From Armatimonadota bacterium (GTDB lineage Bacteria; Armatimonadota; Zipacnadia; Zipacnadales; UBA11051): a DNA stretch of 64,000 bases. Position 1 is the first letter of the stretch. Every line of letters begins with the position of its first letter. Positions 46,551 through 57,143 of the stretch are shown here, piece by piece. Location of the stretch: positions 116,523 to 180,522 of the forward strand of contig JABLXH010000002.1 of the NCBI GenBank assembly GCA_013178155.1. Direction: 5' to 3'. The notes under the pieces were generated by a model. The model saw only the letters and a list, made by a program, of their open reading frames with translations, ran no database searches and was not told where the DNA came from. The translations under genes were made by a program, and so were the position numbers.

Positions 46551-47828
46551 ATGACTGTGACGCCTGACCTGCGCGACGCCAACGCCGTGGCGAGGGCCGT
46601 CGGCCTACCGGAGGCACCCGAGATATGGCGGCGGACGTGGCCGCAGTCGGCCGATTCCTTCGGCGCGGGCGAGGTGTTCTTTCTGACAGAAGACTGGGTG
46701 CCGAGAGCCTGCGAGGCCCTCCGCGTCAGCCAGGAAGTCACCACTGCTCTCCAGGACTGCGCGGCGGCGGTGCGGGAGAGCCCCGCAATGCAGCGCCTGG
46801 CATGGCACCTGCACTGGTTGCTGTGCCTGTCGGGCCTGTCGCCCGAGGTGAGTGCCTGGCCGCGTCTCTCCGATGACCACCCGGCAGGGCCCATGCTCTA
46901 TGGGCTCGTCGTGCTTTCCGGCTGGCCGCACCTGCGGGAAATCCACGCCGCACGCGGGTTGGACCTGGAGATCACTCTGGACACCATGTCCGACCTCGAC
47001 ACCTGGACCCGCGACTGGCACGCCTGGGAGGGTGGCTACCGCTTCACCGCGCTCGGCTGGATGCAGCACCACCTTCGCGGCCAACTGCTGCAACTCGGTC
47101 GGCTGCAGTACCTGCCGGGCTCCTACCACCACGCCTTTCGCTGGTACCGACATACCTCTACCGGCCGGGTCATCGCTCTGGCTGAGGATGGCCTGCTCTT
47201 CCGCGAGGATGGGCAGTTCGCCAGTGCTGACGGCAGCTCGGTCCGTCGAGGTCTCTGGCGGTCGAGCTTTACGGAGACGGTCAGCCGCGTAACGGGCCAG
47301 CCGGTCACGCCCGAGGGGAAAGTGTTGCCGGAGGCAGTGACCCTGGACACGGCAGAATGGTGTGAGGTGCTGCGGCGTGGTGACCCGGTGATGACGGTGC
47401 ACATACCGTCGCGGGGCCGGATGGACCCGGCCTCGTGTGGTGAGTCCTTCGCCCGCGCGGTGGCCGTGTACCGGGAGCACTACCCGGATGTTCCCTATCG
47501 CGCCTTTACCTGCCAGTCGTGGCTGTTGGACCCTCAGTTCGAGCAACTGGACCCCGCGCCACCCAACATCTGCGCGTTCATGCAGGAGTGGTACCTACAC
47601 CCGGTTGAGCGCGCGGCGGAGGAGCAGACCTGGGAGCGGGTCTTTGACCTGTTCGGCCACAGCCAGCCCGACTGGGAAAACGCTCCCCAGGACACGAGCC
47701 TTCGGCGGGCGCTTGTCGCTTTCGCGCGGCAGGGCGGCCACATGCGCGGTGGCGGTGGAGTCATCTTTCCAAAGGACGTGGGCGACTGGGGCCGTCAGGG
47801 GTACCGAGCCCGCGGCGGCGTCGCGTAG
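46551..47828 (+). CDS. GNAT-like acyltransferase family protein (NAT_N/GNAT_C-type, DUF5596-like)
   Basis: C-terminal VHIPSRGRMDPASCGESF...AFTCQSWLLDPQ resembles the GNAT_C signature (HIP...C.SWLLDP). By-eye call. Confidence 0.4.
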   Translation: MTVTPDLRDANAVARAVGLPEAPEIWRRTWPQSADSFGAGEVFFLTEDWVPRACEALRVSQEVTTALQDCAAAVRESPAMQRLAWHLHWLLCLSGLSPEVSAWPRLSDDHPAGPMLYGLVVLSGWPHLREIHAARGLDLEITLDTMSDLDTWTRDWHAWEGGYRFTALGWMQHHLRGQLLQLGRLQYLPGSYHHAFRWYRHTSTGRVIALAEDGLLFREDGQFASADGSSVRRGLWRSSFTETVSRVTGQPVTPEGKVLPEAVTLDTAEWCEVLRRGDPVMTVHIPSRGRMDPASCGESFARAVAVYREHYPDVPYRAFTCQSWLLDPQFEQLDPAPPNICAFMQEWYLHPVERAAEEQTWERVFDLFGHSQPDWENAPQDTSLRRALVAFARQGGHMRGGGGVIFPKDVGDWGRQGYRARGGVA

Positions 47829-47858
47829 CTCTCCTGTGGTCGCCAAAGGAAGCACCAA

Positions 47859-50582
47859 GTGAGACTGGTGGCTCTTCTTTACCTGGCAGCCCTCGGCTGT
47901 GCTGACGCTCGAGGAGCGGTTACCCTCTTTGTGTCGCCCCAGGGGCGCGACGACTGGCCGGGCACGCATGACCGCCCCTTCGCCAGCGTGCAGCGAGCAC
48001 GGGACGCTCTGCGCGAACTCCGCGCCGCCGGTCGTATCGGTGGACCCGTGACGGTCTACCTGCGGGACGGCATGCATGTGCTGTCTGAGACGCTGGTGCT
48101 TGGCCCCGAGGACTCGGGCACGCCCAGAGCCCCGGTGATCTACCGCGCCTACCCGGGCGAGACCCCCACCCTAACGGGGGGACAGGCCGTCGGCGGTTTC
48201 GTGCCCTATCAGGGGCAAATCCTGAGGACAGACGTGAGCGCTCAGATCCCCCCAGGCCAGCGTCCGGAGCTGCTGGTCTTTGCGGGGCAGCGTCAGGAGA
48301 TGGCACGCACGCCCAACCGTGATCCTGACGACCCCAATGGTGGGCGCTGGGCTTTTGCGGCCGGGGAGCGGATGGAAATGTATGCCGATCGGCCCGACGA
48401 GGAGGGCTATCTGGCCCAGCACCCGGAACTGGACTTCTGGCAGCGCAACATCCCCCGCTACCGGCGCCTGCTGCCCATGCGGCCGGAGGATGTCCTGCCC
48501 TGGGAGCACCCCGAGGACGGGGAAGTCTCCATCTTCCCCCGCTTCAACTGGTCGCACTATCTCCTGCCCATTGAGTCCTTCGATGCCGCTTCGCGCACGA
48601 TGCACCTGGGGGAGGGGTCCTTTTACGAGATCCGGCCGGGGGACCGCTACTTCGTCCGCGGACACCTCGAAGACCTCGACAGTCCCGGTGAGTGGTACCT
48701 GGACCCGCGGACCTCAGAGCTATACTTCTGCCCGCCAGAACCCCTGGCTGGCCGACCGGTGTACATACCCGTCATAACCCACGCGGTGACGTTGACCCAC
48801 TGCAGCGATGTCACGCTTCAGGGGTTCACCATCGAGTGTTGTGCCGGCTCAGGCGTGGTGCTGCAGGACTGTCACCGGGTCACCGTCGCGGCCAACACAA
48901 TCCGGAACGTGGGCGGCGTTGACGGTGTCGGGGTGGGCGTCGAGGGCGGCAGTCGTAACCGGATAGTGGGTAACGACATCTATGACACCGGTTCCAGTGG
49001 CATCCGACTGGGCGGCGGCGACGCGTACCGGCTGGAGTTGGGCCGCAACGAGGCTGACAACAACCACATCCACCACGTGGGGCGCGTGGGCCGCCAGGCC
49101 AATGGTGTGCAGTTGTACTGGGGGGCGGGCAATGGTGTCTCGCACAACCTGATCCACGACATCCCCCACTCGGGTATCCTGATGTGGGGGCCGGCACACA
49201 CCATCGAGTACAACCGGCTGGTTCGCACCTGCCTGGAGAGCGAGGACTGCGGCGCCATCGGCGGAGGCGCCATAGACTGGCTTTCCTGGCAGGGCGCCGT
49301 GATACGCTACAACTGGATCCAGGACACGGTAGGTTTCGGCTATGACCAGCAGGCGCAATGTTGGCGGTCACCTTACTTCGCCCACGCGCTCTACCCGGAC
49401 TGGGCAGCCAGCGGCGTGCGGATTGTGGGCAACATCCTCGTCCGCGCCCCCGTCAGTCTACTGTACCTCCATAGCGGCCGAGACAACCTCATCGACAACA
49501 ACGTGCTCATCGAGGGGGGCCAGCAGCAACTGACGTGGACCGGTTGGACCACCGGGACCGGCTTCTGGAGCAGCATGGTGGACGGCTGGATCCGCAACTA
49601 TGAGACCGCAGCGAAAAGCCCGGCCTGGCAGCGGGTCAGGACTCTGCGGGATCCGCGCGCGGTGCCGTTGGCCGACGGACGCGTCATGCACGGCAATGTG
49701 TTTCGGCACAACATCGTCTTCTTCCGCTCACCGCAAGCGGCGCTGGTGCAGGTCAATGACGTGTCTCTGGATCATAATGAAGCGGACTGGAACCTCTACT
49801 ACCACTCCGGCCGCCCCCTGACCACGGGTGTGCTGCGAGCTCGGGTGGAGTGCGGACCCAACCTGCTGGTGAACCCGGGCCTGGAGCAGGGACCGGTCGG
49901 TGAGCTGCCCGCCCAGTGGGCGTGGGGGCTGAAGGCGACAGAGCGGACGCGGCTGGAGGTAGTGGAAGGCGAAGCACATACCGGCACCCGTTCGCTGCTC
50001 ATTGAGCCGGCGTCGGTGGCCTCAGGCACGGTCCCTCCCACGGGCTACATCGCTCCCGGCGCGCCCCAGACCTTCCGGCCGGGACAGGCGTACCGCCTTG
50101 CAGCCTGGATGAGAGCCCAGGGCGGCCCGATTGGTGTCGCCCTGCAGGCCTACTCCTGGGAGCGGGATACACATAACTGGTCTGTATCGCAAACCGTGTC
50201 GCCGACGACAGAATGGCGACCCTATGAGTTGGTCTTCCGACTGCCCGAGCGGACGTCGCCCGACTACAGGGCCACAATGGCTACCTTCCTGCCGCGGATT
50301 GCCTTCACCGCCGGTCCAGGGAAAGTCTGGGTGGATGACCTGTCGCTGCGGGAGGTGGAGGCCCTCTCCGAGTGGGAGTCTTGGCAGGCAGCGGGGATGG
50401 ACCGGCACTCACTGATCGCCGATCCGCTCTTCGTAGACGCCGCGCACGATGACTATCGCCTGCGCCCGGAGTCGCCCGCGCTGCAGATGGGCTTTCGGCC
50501 CATACCAACCGAGAAGATCGGCTGCTACCGCAGCCCCCTGCGGGCCAGTTGGCCGGTCACGATCGACCCATCTGGCAGGTGA
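47859..50582 (+). CDS. Secreted right-handed parallel beta-helix protein with C-terminal CBM4/9-like domains
   Basis: Signal peptide MRLVALLYLAALGCADA. Beta-helix repeats (NTIRNVGGVDGVGVGVEGGSRNRIVGNDIYDTGSSGIRL...). C-terminal NLLVNPGLEQG...EGEAHTGTRSLLIEP CBM-like. Confidence 0.65.
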   Translation: MRLVALLYLAALGCADARGAVTLFVSPQGRDDWPGTHDRPFASVQRARDALRELRAAGRIGGPVTVYLRDGMHVLSETLVLGPEDSGTPRAPVIYRAYPGETPTLTGGQAVGGFVPYQGQILRTDVSAQIPPGQRPELLVFAGQRQEMARTPNRDPDDPNGGRWAFAAGERMEMYADRPDEEGYLAQHPELDFWQRNIPRYRRLLPMRPEDVLPWEHPEDGEVSIFPRFNWSHYLLPIESFDAASRTMHLGEGSFYEIRPGDRYFVRGHLEDLDSPGEWYLDPRTSELYFCPPEPLAGRPVYIPVITHAVTLTHCSDVTLQGFTIECCAGSGVVLQDCHRVTVAANTIRNVGGVDGVGVGVEGGSRNRIVGNDIYDTGSSGIRLGGGDAYRLELGRNEADNNHIHHVGRVGRQANGVQLYWGAGNGVSHNLIHDIPHSGILMWGPAHTIEYNRLVRTCLESEDCGAIGGGAIDWLSWQGAVIRYNWIQDTVGFGYDQQAQCWRSPYFAHALYPDWAASGVRIVGNILVRAPVSLLYLHSGRDNLIDNNVLIEGGQQQLTWTGWTTGTGFWSSMVDGWIRNYETAAKSPAWQRVRTLRDPRAVPLADGRVMHGNVFRHNIVFFRSPQAALVQVNDVSLDHNEADWNLYYHSGRPLTTGVLRARVECGPNLLVNPGLEQGPVGELPAQWAWGLKATERTRLEVVEGEAHTGTRSLLIEPASVASGTVPPTGYIAPGAPQTFRPGQAYRLAAWMRAQGGPIGVALQAYSWERDTHNWSVSQTVSPTTEWRPYELVFRLPERTSPDYRATMATFLPRIAFTAGPGKVWVDDLSLREVEALSEWESWQAAGMDRHSLIADPLFVDAAHDDYRLRPESPALQMGFRPIPTEKIGCYRSPLRASWPVTIDPSGR

Positions 50583-50586
50583 ACTC

Positions 50587-53500
50587 ATGAGAGCGCTTGG
50601 CGCTGTGCTGTGGACCCTGGCCTTGGCTGGAGCGTGGGGCGCGGCGCCCGCGGCTGAGGTCCTGACCTACAAGCTCCTCGGCACCCCCGATCCGGCGGCT
50701 ACCGGCGGCGAGGCCAAGAGGCTGGACGCCGAGGGAATCTACTGCTGGTGGGACGGCCCGGCCCTGAAGCCCGGGTATTTCGAGGTGGTTGCCCGGGCGC
50801 GGACGGTGGGCGCGGCGGGTGTTCTGCAGTTCGTGCTGTGCCAATCCGGCAAGGACGCCCCACCGCTGTACCCGGTATCTCGCACGCAGCGTGGCGAGGT
50901 CACCACCCCGGAGTATGCCGAGATCTACTGCGGCACGTTCTACTGGGACGGGTCCTACACGCCGCGCGTGTCCGACTGGAGTAGCGGTGGTCTGATGGTG
51001 GACTGGGTGAAGCTGGTGCCCGTCCCGCTGGCGGCCATCCGTGACCCCGACCCCGGCCAGATAAAGCGCGTCCTGGCCCCACGGTTCCCCACGCCGCCCG
51101 CGATTGATGGTGAACTGAGCGAATGGGCGCAGGTGCCGGCCCTGGCGCTTGGCCCCGGCGTGGCCCGGGGGAGCCGATACGGCGGTTCGAGTGACCTGAC
51201 CGCGCTCTGCCGCTGGGCCTGGGATGACCGGGCGCTGTACTTCGCAGCTCAGGTGCAGGACGATCATGCCACCTTCCTGCCTGACCCCAGGGAACTGGGT
51301 GATCTCTGGCAATACGACTGCGTCCAGATGGCCTTCGACGCGGCCCATGACGCCCGCACGCCCGGTTACGACGACGATGACTACGAATACGGGTTCGGCC
51401 AGACCGCCAGCGGACCACGGGCCTACCGCTGGGTGACCGGCAACAACCTGGTGCTCGGCGACGTGCCCACAGTAACGGTGGGCGTCGAGCGGGACGAGGG
51501 GCGGGCCATCACCACCTACGAGGTGCGCATCCCCTGGACCGAGCTGCTGCCCTTCTCGCCGACCACGAGATCCTGCGGCATGACCGTCGTGGTGGATGAC
51601 AACGACGGCGAGGCGGCCCAGGAGAGCTGGCTGGAGTGGACGCCGGGCATCACCGGACCCAAAGACCCAAGCGCCTTTGGTCTGCTGACCCTCATAGATG
51701 AGCCGCCCGCGGCCACCGAGGTCATCGCCTGGCTAGCGGGTGAGAGCGACCAGTCCGATCGCGAACAGTCGCGCTTTGTGCTGAACGTCAACAGTCCCCG
51801 GCCGCTGGGCCCGGTGACCGTGGAGTGGGTTCTTCGCGCCGACGACCGGGAGCTAACCCGTGCACAGCGAGCGGCTGAACTCAACGCTGCGGCCGACCAG
51901 GTGCCGCTGGAACTGGACCTGAGCGCTATCGGGCAGGGCCGCTTCACGCTGCGAGCAGCACTGCTGCGTGGAGCGGAGACCGTCGCGACCGCGGAGTTGC
52001 CGTTCGCCCGCTATGCCATCGCGGATCTGCAGCAGCGGCTGGAGCGCCTGCGAGCGCGGCAGGAGCAGCTTTGGCAGCGCTGCGAGGCATGGAGAGCGCA
52101 GGGCGGCCACGGCTGGTATCCCCGCGCCACTCTGGGCGTGGTCTTCGAGTTCGTCCGGAACACCGCCGATGACCTGGACAAGCGCCTGTGCGAGCGTGCC
52201 GAAGCTGTGATGGCCGATCTGGAGCGCATGCTGGACGAGGCGGAGTCCGAACTGAACGCCCTGCAAGCCGGCCAGGCCACCGACTGGCCCATGTCGCCGA
52301 TGGTTCGCGAACGCCTCACCGTCCGCGAGGGCGGCTTCTGGGAAGGCGACCAGCCGGTCTTTCTCATCGGTTTCTGCGGCTGGTGGCAGGTGTGGACCGA
52401 ATGCCGACGTCTGGCCGACTACGGGATGAACCACGCCGAGGAAAGCATCGTGGCCCCCTTCGCGCTGTTGCCGGCCCCGGACGGGGACCCACCGCAGGCG
52501 ATGCTGGAGGCTAACGAGTGGGCGTGGGAGCGCGGTGACGAAAAGGGCTTCCGCTACAGCCGCATGGTCGCCTGCAACCAGTTGCCCGCCAGCTTCCGCG
52601 AGAAGTACCCGGAGGCCGGGGGTGGGGGCTGGGGCGGCGTCTCGACCCTACAACCGGCGGTCAGGGACTTCGAGCGGCGCTACCTGAGCATCATCACGGG
52701 TGCCGCGGCGAAGTACGTTTCACCGGGAGTGTACGTGCTGTACGGCGAGAATACCCACACTCTCTCTCGGCATCCACTGGAAGTGGCTGCCTTCCAAACG
52801 TGGCTGCAGGAGCGGTATGGCAGCATTGCCGCCCTCAATGCGGCCTGGGGCACGGCCTACCCGGACTTCACGGCGGTGGGCAATGGCGAGGACGCCTCCG
52901 GGCCTGTCGCCTGGTACGACCGGGGGATCTTCAACCAGAAGCTCTTCACTGACTGGTCGGCCTGGCTGGTACGGACCGCCAAGGAGAACGACCCGCAGGC
53001 TCTCTGCACCGGCTACCCGTCCTTGCTGAGCTGGGATGACTCCTCGGACTTCTCGGCCGGCATTGACATGGAAGCGTTGTGCCGGGTCTTCGATGTAAAC
53101 GGCTTTGATACAGCGGCGTTGGACTACGGCGGGAAGCAATGGGCCATGAACTCCATCACGGGTTTCGCCATGCCCCAGGAGCTGCTGCGCGCCTTCAACC
53201 CCGACCATCCCAACTACGACCCCGAGCTGCACATGGTGAATCTCAAGCAGCTCTATCCGCCCGAGTACATCCGGGCGGCGATGTGGCAGGGCTTCCTGCA
53301 CGGGCTGTCGGCATCCAGTCTGTGGGTCTACCAGCGCAGCGAGGGCATTGACTCCATGCTGACCTTCCAGCCACGGGTGATGGAAGAGTACCTGCGCACC
53401 GGGCTGGACCTGAGGCGCCTGGTGGCGCCGGTGCGTGCCTTCCAGCGCGCGCGGGAGGAAGTGGCGATCCTCTACTCCCTGACCTCCATCGCCTACAACG

Positions 53501-54138
53501 CCCAACACCTGCCGGAGCTGCGGTCGGCCTATGAGGGCACCTTCTTCCTTGACGCGGACGTGGGCTTTGTCACGGAGCGCACTACTCTGGAGAACGGCCT
53601 TGCGGGCAGGAAACTGCTGATTGTGCCCGCGGCCTCGCACGTGCCACCGCCGGTCGTAGCGGCTGTCCGCCAGTGGGTGGAGGCCGGGGGCACCCTGTGG
53701 CTGGTCGGTGATTGCCTGACGCATGACACGGCCAACCAGCCGCTGGCGGCCCTCACTGACCTGGAGCCGGCCCGGCTCGAGGGCGAGACCATCCAACGTG
53801 CAGACCTGGGCCAGGGGCTGGTGGTGCAGACCGTGGACCGGCGTGATACGGGCGTGTACCGGCGCCTGGGCGAGGCGATGTTTGGCAAGGCAGGAGTGAC
53901 CCGTGCCCTGCGAGTGGTTGGTGCGGCCGGCGAGCCGGTGGATGGGGTGGAGTTCCGAACGGCGACGCACGACGGCAGCGTCCTGGCGTATGCGCTCAAC
54001 ATGAACAAGGCGCCGGTGACGCTGATGGTCAGCGGCGCCGAAGGTGGCATCCGGGACTTGCGCACGGGGACAAGGCGGACGTGGCCGCTGACCCTGGCGC
54101 CACTGGAGCTTGTCTTTGGGGTGCTGGACAAGCGGTGA
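50587..54138 (+). CDS. Secreted CBM9-like + GH42-like beta-galactosidase-family protein (1183 aa)
   Basis: Start moved to ATG 50587 (signal MRALGAVLWTLALAGAWGAAPAA). CBM9-like block (YDCVQMAFDAAHD...YEVRIPW). GH42-like core and trimerisation motif LLIVPAASHVPPPVVAAVRQWVEAGGTLWLVGD. Confidence 0.6.
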   Translation: MRALGAVLWTLALAGAWGAAPAAEVLTYKLLGTPDPAATGGEAKRLDAEGIYCWWDGPALKPGYFEVVARARTVGAAGVLQFVLCQSGKDAPPLYPVSRTQRGEVTTPEYAEIYCGTFYWDGSYTPRVSDWSSGGLMVDWVKLVPVPLAAIRDPDPGQIKRVLAPRFPTPPAIDGELSEWAQVPALALGPGVARGSRYGGSSDLTALCRWAWDDRALYFAAQVQDDHATFLPDPRELGDLWQYDCVQMAFDAAHDARTPGYDDDDYEYGFGQTASGPRAYRWVTGNNLVLGDVPTVTVGVERDEGRAITTYEVRIPWTELLPFSPTTRSCGMTVVVDDNDGEAAQESWLEWTPGITGPKDPSAFGLLTLIDEPPAATEVIAWLAGESDQSDREQSRFVLNVNSPRPLGPVTVEWVLRADDRELTRAQRAAELNAAADQVPLELDLSAIGQGRFTLRAALLRGAETVATAELPFARYAIADLQQRLERLRARQEQLWQRCEAWRAQGGHGWYPRATLGVVFEFVRNTADDLDKRLCERAEAVMADLERMLDEAESELNALQAGQATDWPMSPMVRERLTVREGGFWEGDQPVFLIGFCGWWQVWTECRRLADYGMNHAEESIVAPFALLPAPDGDPPQAMLEANEWAWERGDEKGFRYSRMVACNQLPASFREKYPEAGGGGWGGVSTLQPAVRDFERRYLSIITGAAAKYVSPGVYVLYGENTHTLSRHPLEVAAFQTWLQERYGSIAALNAAWGTAYPDFTAVGNGEDASGPVAWYDRGIFNQKLFTDWSAWLVRTAKENDPQALCTGYPSLLSWDDSSDFSAGIDMEALCRVFDVNGFDTAALDYGGKQWAMNSITGFAMPQELLRAFNPDHPNYDPELHMVNLKQLYPPEYIRAAMWQGFLHGLSASSLWVYQRSEGIDSMLTFQPRVMEEYLRTGLDLRRLVAPVRAFQRAREEVAILYSLTSIAYNAQHLPELRSAYEGTFFLDADVGFVTERTTLENGLAGRKLLIVPAASHVPPPVVAAVRQWVEAGGTLWLVGDCLTHDTANQPLAALTDLEPARLEGETIQRADLGQGLVVQTVDRRDTGVYRRLGEAMFGKAGVTRALRVVGAAGEPVDGVEFRTATHDGSVLAYALNMNKAPVTLMVSGAEGGIRDLRTGTRRTWPLTLAPLELVFGVLDKR

Positions 54139-54229
54139 AGTCCGCTGTAAGCTAAGTGCCTACGATGATCCAGGAGCGACCCTTGGTGGTCGCTCCGTCG
54201 TTGCCTACCCGAGTTTCCGGAGTGCTGCA

Positions 54230-56218
54230 GTGGACGAGCAACCTGCCGGGCAAAGCTCCCGACCTGACCCCCTGGCGCTGTCGGCCAGGTCGGCCAGCAG
54301 TGCCCGGGGCATCACGTGGCGCATTGTTATCATCGCCTTCCTGATCGCCCCCCTTAACACCTACTTCATGGCCTACCTGCTGGGGCCCCGCGGCATCGAG
54401 GACCCCACCGTTGTAGCGCTCTTTTGGAACGTCGTGTTCCTGCTTACCGTTTTCCGGCTCGTCAATGGGCTGCTACAGCGCTACGCGCCGCGTATCGCTT
54501 TCTCCCCGGCGGAGATTCTGGCTTTCTTCATCCTCACCGCCGTGTCCACCGCGCCCTCCGGCCTGGACACCATGAAGACCACCTTCGCCACGATGCAGGG
54601 CGTGGCGCGGTTCGCAAGCGAGGTGAACCACTGGGAGCAGCTCTTCGGGCGCGAGCTGCCGCTGTCCATGACGGTCAACGACGAGCGGGTGCTGGAGCGG
54701 CTGTGGGAGGGGGATTCCAGCATCTTCGACCCGCGCAACTACCGCGCCTGGATCGGGCCGGTGTTCATGTGGTGGCTGCTGTATCTCTTCCTCTGGACCG
54801 CCCCGGCGGGGTTTGCCGTGTTGCTGCGCAAGCGCTGGGTGGAGCAGGAGCGCATGAGCTTTCCCATCGTGCAACTGCCCTACGAGCTCGCCCAGCCGCG
54901 CACCCCGGCCTTCAGGACGACAGCTTTCTATGTGGCGGCCGGGGTCGTGGCCGCCATCAACCTCATCAACGGCCTGCACGAGTTCTACCCCGGCGTGCCG
55001 CTGATCACCCTGAAGATCTGGCAGAGTCAGACGCTCAACATCGGACGCTTCTTCGTGGGCCGTCCCTGGAACGCCATCGGCACCTTCGAGATGTGTCTCT
55101 ACCCCTTCGTCATCGGCCTGGGGCTGTTGCTGCCCACCGAGTTGAGCCTGTCGCTATGGTTCTTCTACCTGTTTTGGAAGGCCGAGGCCATCCTGGCGGC
55201 ATGGTTGGGCGTTACCCTGCCGGAGTTCCCGTACATGAAGGAGCAGTCCTTCGGCGGTTATCTGGCCATTCTGGGGTTCTCATTGTGGGCGGCGCGGCGG
55301 TACTTCGCCGGGGTCTGGACCCGCGTTGTCACGGGCGTCCGGGGTGAAGATGACAGCAACGAGGCGCTCTCGTATCGCCAGGCCTCGCTGCTGTTTGTGC
55401 TATGCGCGACGGGCGCTGTGCTCATCGGCACCTCCATCAAGATGTCGCCCTGGGTTGCGATCGCCTTCTTTGTGCAGTACTACGCCATGACTGCCATTGT
55501 GGGGCGTATCCGGGCGGAGATGGGCCTGCCTACCCACGAACTGGAGCGGCTGGGCCCCACGGTGATGCAGGGCAACCTGCTGGGCCCCCGCATTCTGGGG
55601 GTGCAGAACCTGACGTCGCTTTCGCTCTTCTTTGGCTTCACCCGCGGACTGCGGAACATCCCCTTCCCGCACCAGCTCGAGGGCCTGTACCTGGCCGAGC
55701 GCGAGGGGGCCAGCATGAAGCGCATGCTGGGGGCTACGATGGCCATGGTCCCCTTCGCTGTCGCTCTGGCCTTCTTCTTCACGCTCATGCTGGGCTACCA
55801 GCATGGCATCGGCTACTACAAGTCCGGCTGGTACCCCTGGTCGGCGCAGGAGGCCTGGAACCAGCTCGCGAACTGGCTTAATGCCAATCAGGGGTTCCAG
55901 TGGGGGCGGATCCTGGCCAGCATCATCGGCTTCTTCGTCTACTTTGGCCTGATGCTGGTGCGGACCCGCTGGGTCTCGTGGCCACTGCATCCCGCGGGCT
56001 TCGCGCTGTCTACAACCTACTACATGGCCCACATGTGGTTCCCGATGTTCCTGGCGTGGCTGACCAAGTCCGTCACCATGCGTTACGCCGGGGCACGGTC
56101 GCAGCGGGTCTTGAGGTCGGTGGCCTTTGGGCTGATCCTGTCTGACATCATGACCGGGACCCTGTGGATCCTTTACGGGCTGTTCACCAACACGCGAACC
56201 TATTCGTTCTGGCCCTAG
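54230..56218 (+). CDS. Large polytopic membrane protein, unknown family (paralog B of 33378-35375)
   Basis: WVEQERMSFPIVQL, PTELSLSLWFFYL and PLHPAGFALSTTY motifs match paralog A. Start set at GTG 54230 (GGAG 7 nt upstream); the ORF track start at 54110 would overlap the upstream gene. Confidence 0.55.
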   Translation: MDEQPAGQSSRPDPLALSARSASSARGITWRIVIIAFLIAPLNTYFMAYLLGPRGIEDPTVVALFWNVVFLLTVFRLVNGLLQRYAPRIAFSPAEILAFFILTAVSTAPSGLDTMKTTFATMQGVARFASEVNHWEQLFGRELPLSMTVNDERVLERLWEGDSSIFDPRNYRAWIGPVFMWWLLYLFLWTAPAGFAVLLRKRWVEQERMSFPIVQLPYELAQPRTPAFRTTAFYVAAGVVAAINLINGLHEFYPGVPLITLKIWQSQTLNIGRFFVGRPWNAIGTFEMCLYPFVIGLGLLLPTELSLSLWFFYLFWKAEAILAAWLGVTLPEFPYMKEQSFGGYLAILGFSLWAARRYFAGVWTRVVTGVRGEDDSNEALSYRQASLLFVLCATGAVLIGTSIKMSPWVAIAFFVQYYAMTAIVGRIRAEMGLPTHELERLGPTVMQGNLLGPRILGVQNLTSLSLFFGFTRGLRNIPFPHQLEGLYLAEREGASMKRMLGATMAMVPFAVALAFFFTLMLGYQHGIGYYKSGWYPWSAQEAWNQLANWLNANQGFQWGRILASIIGFFVYFGLMLVRTRWVSWPLHPAGFALSTTYYMAHMWFPMFLAWLTKSVTMRYAGARSQRVLRSVAFGLILSDIMTGTLWILYGLFTNTRTYSFWP

Positions 56219-56293
56219 GGCCAAAGCCACCGACGGGTACCCGGGCGTTGCCCATGCGGCAGCCACGGGGATACCGAGAAGGGATGGCCGAGG

Positions 56294-57121
56294 ATGAACA
56301 TCTGGGACTGCCATGTGCACATGCGGGGCGGCGAGACGGCGGACGAGATCCTGAGAGGCATGGACGCGGCTGGCATCACGCGCATCTGCCTGTTCGCCCG
56401 CTATCCTGGACGCGACATCGAGGGCCACGGTCCGCCACCAGCCGAAGCGTACCGACCGGCCATCGAGGAAGTCGCTGCCATCCAGGAGGTGGACCCGGAC
56501 CGCATCTACGGGCTCTTCTGGCCGGATCCCCGCAGCGAGGGCATCCTGGACCTGGTTGAGTACGCACTGCTGGATAAGGGGCTCCGGGGGCTCAAGATGA
56601 TCCCGAACCACTGGTCACCGTGTGACGAACTGCTCTTTCCGTTGTATGAGAAGATGCAGGCGATCGGCAAGCCCATCCAGTTTCACTCGGGCATTCTCTA
56701 CGGCTTCGGCGACAGCTCACGCTTCTGCCAGCCGGTGCTGTATGAAGCTCTGGTCAACTTTCCCGGGGTACGGTTCTCGCTGGCACATATCAGTTGGCCG
56801 TGGGTGGATGAATGCATCGCGGTCTTCGGGCGGTTCCGGGCCGCCGTCCGTTACCAGACCGCGGACTGCCAGATGTGGATAGACACCTGTCGGGGCACGC
56901 CGGATGCCTGGCGGCTGGAGGCGCTGCGGAAGGCCGTGCCGTTCTGCGGCACGAAGCGGCTGATGTATGGCACAGACTGCACGGCCGGCAGCATTGCGGG
57001 CAATGCTCCGTGGCACATCAGGAAGGATACGGACATCCTGGTCAACGAGATGGGCCTCTCGGAGGAGCAGGTCGAGGAGTTCTTCTGGGGAGCAGCCGAG
57101 GCGCTCTACAGCGGCGGATAG
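56294..57121 (+). CDS. Amidohydrolase-2 family TIM-barrel hydrolase
   Basis: MNIWDCHVHM (HxH), ...FHSG..., LAHISWPW, MYGTDC. Paralogous in type to 4529-5425. Confidence 0.7.
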   Translation: MNIWDCHVHMRGGETADEILRGMDAAGITRICLFARYPGRDIEGHGPPPAEAYRPAIEEVAAIQEVDPDRIYGLFWPDPRSEGILDLVEYALLDKGLRGLKMIPNHWSPCDELLFPLYEKMQAIGKPIQFHSGILYGFGDSSRFCQPVLYEALVNFPGVRFSLAHISWPWVDECIAVFGRFRAAVRYQTADCQMWIDTCRGTPDAWRLEALRKAVPFCGTKRLMYGTDCTAGSIAGNAPWHIRKDTDILVNEMGLSEEQVEEFFWGAAEALYSGG

Positions 57122-57143
57122 GGGGCATGTCGTCCCCGAGCAA

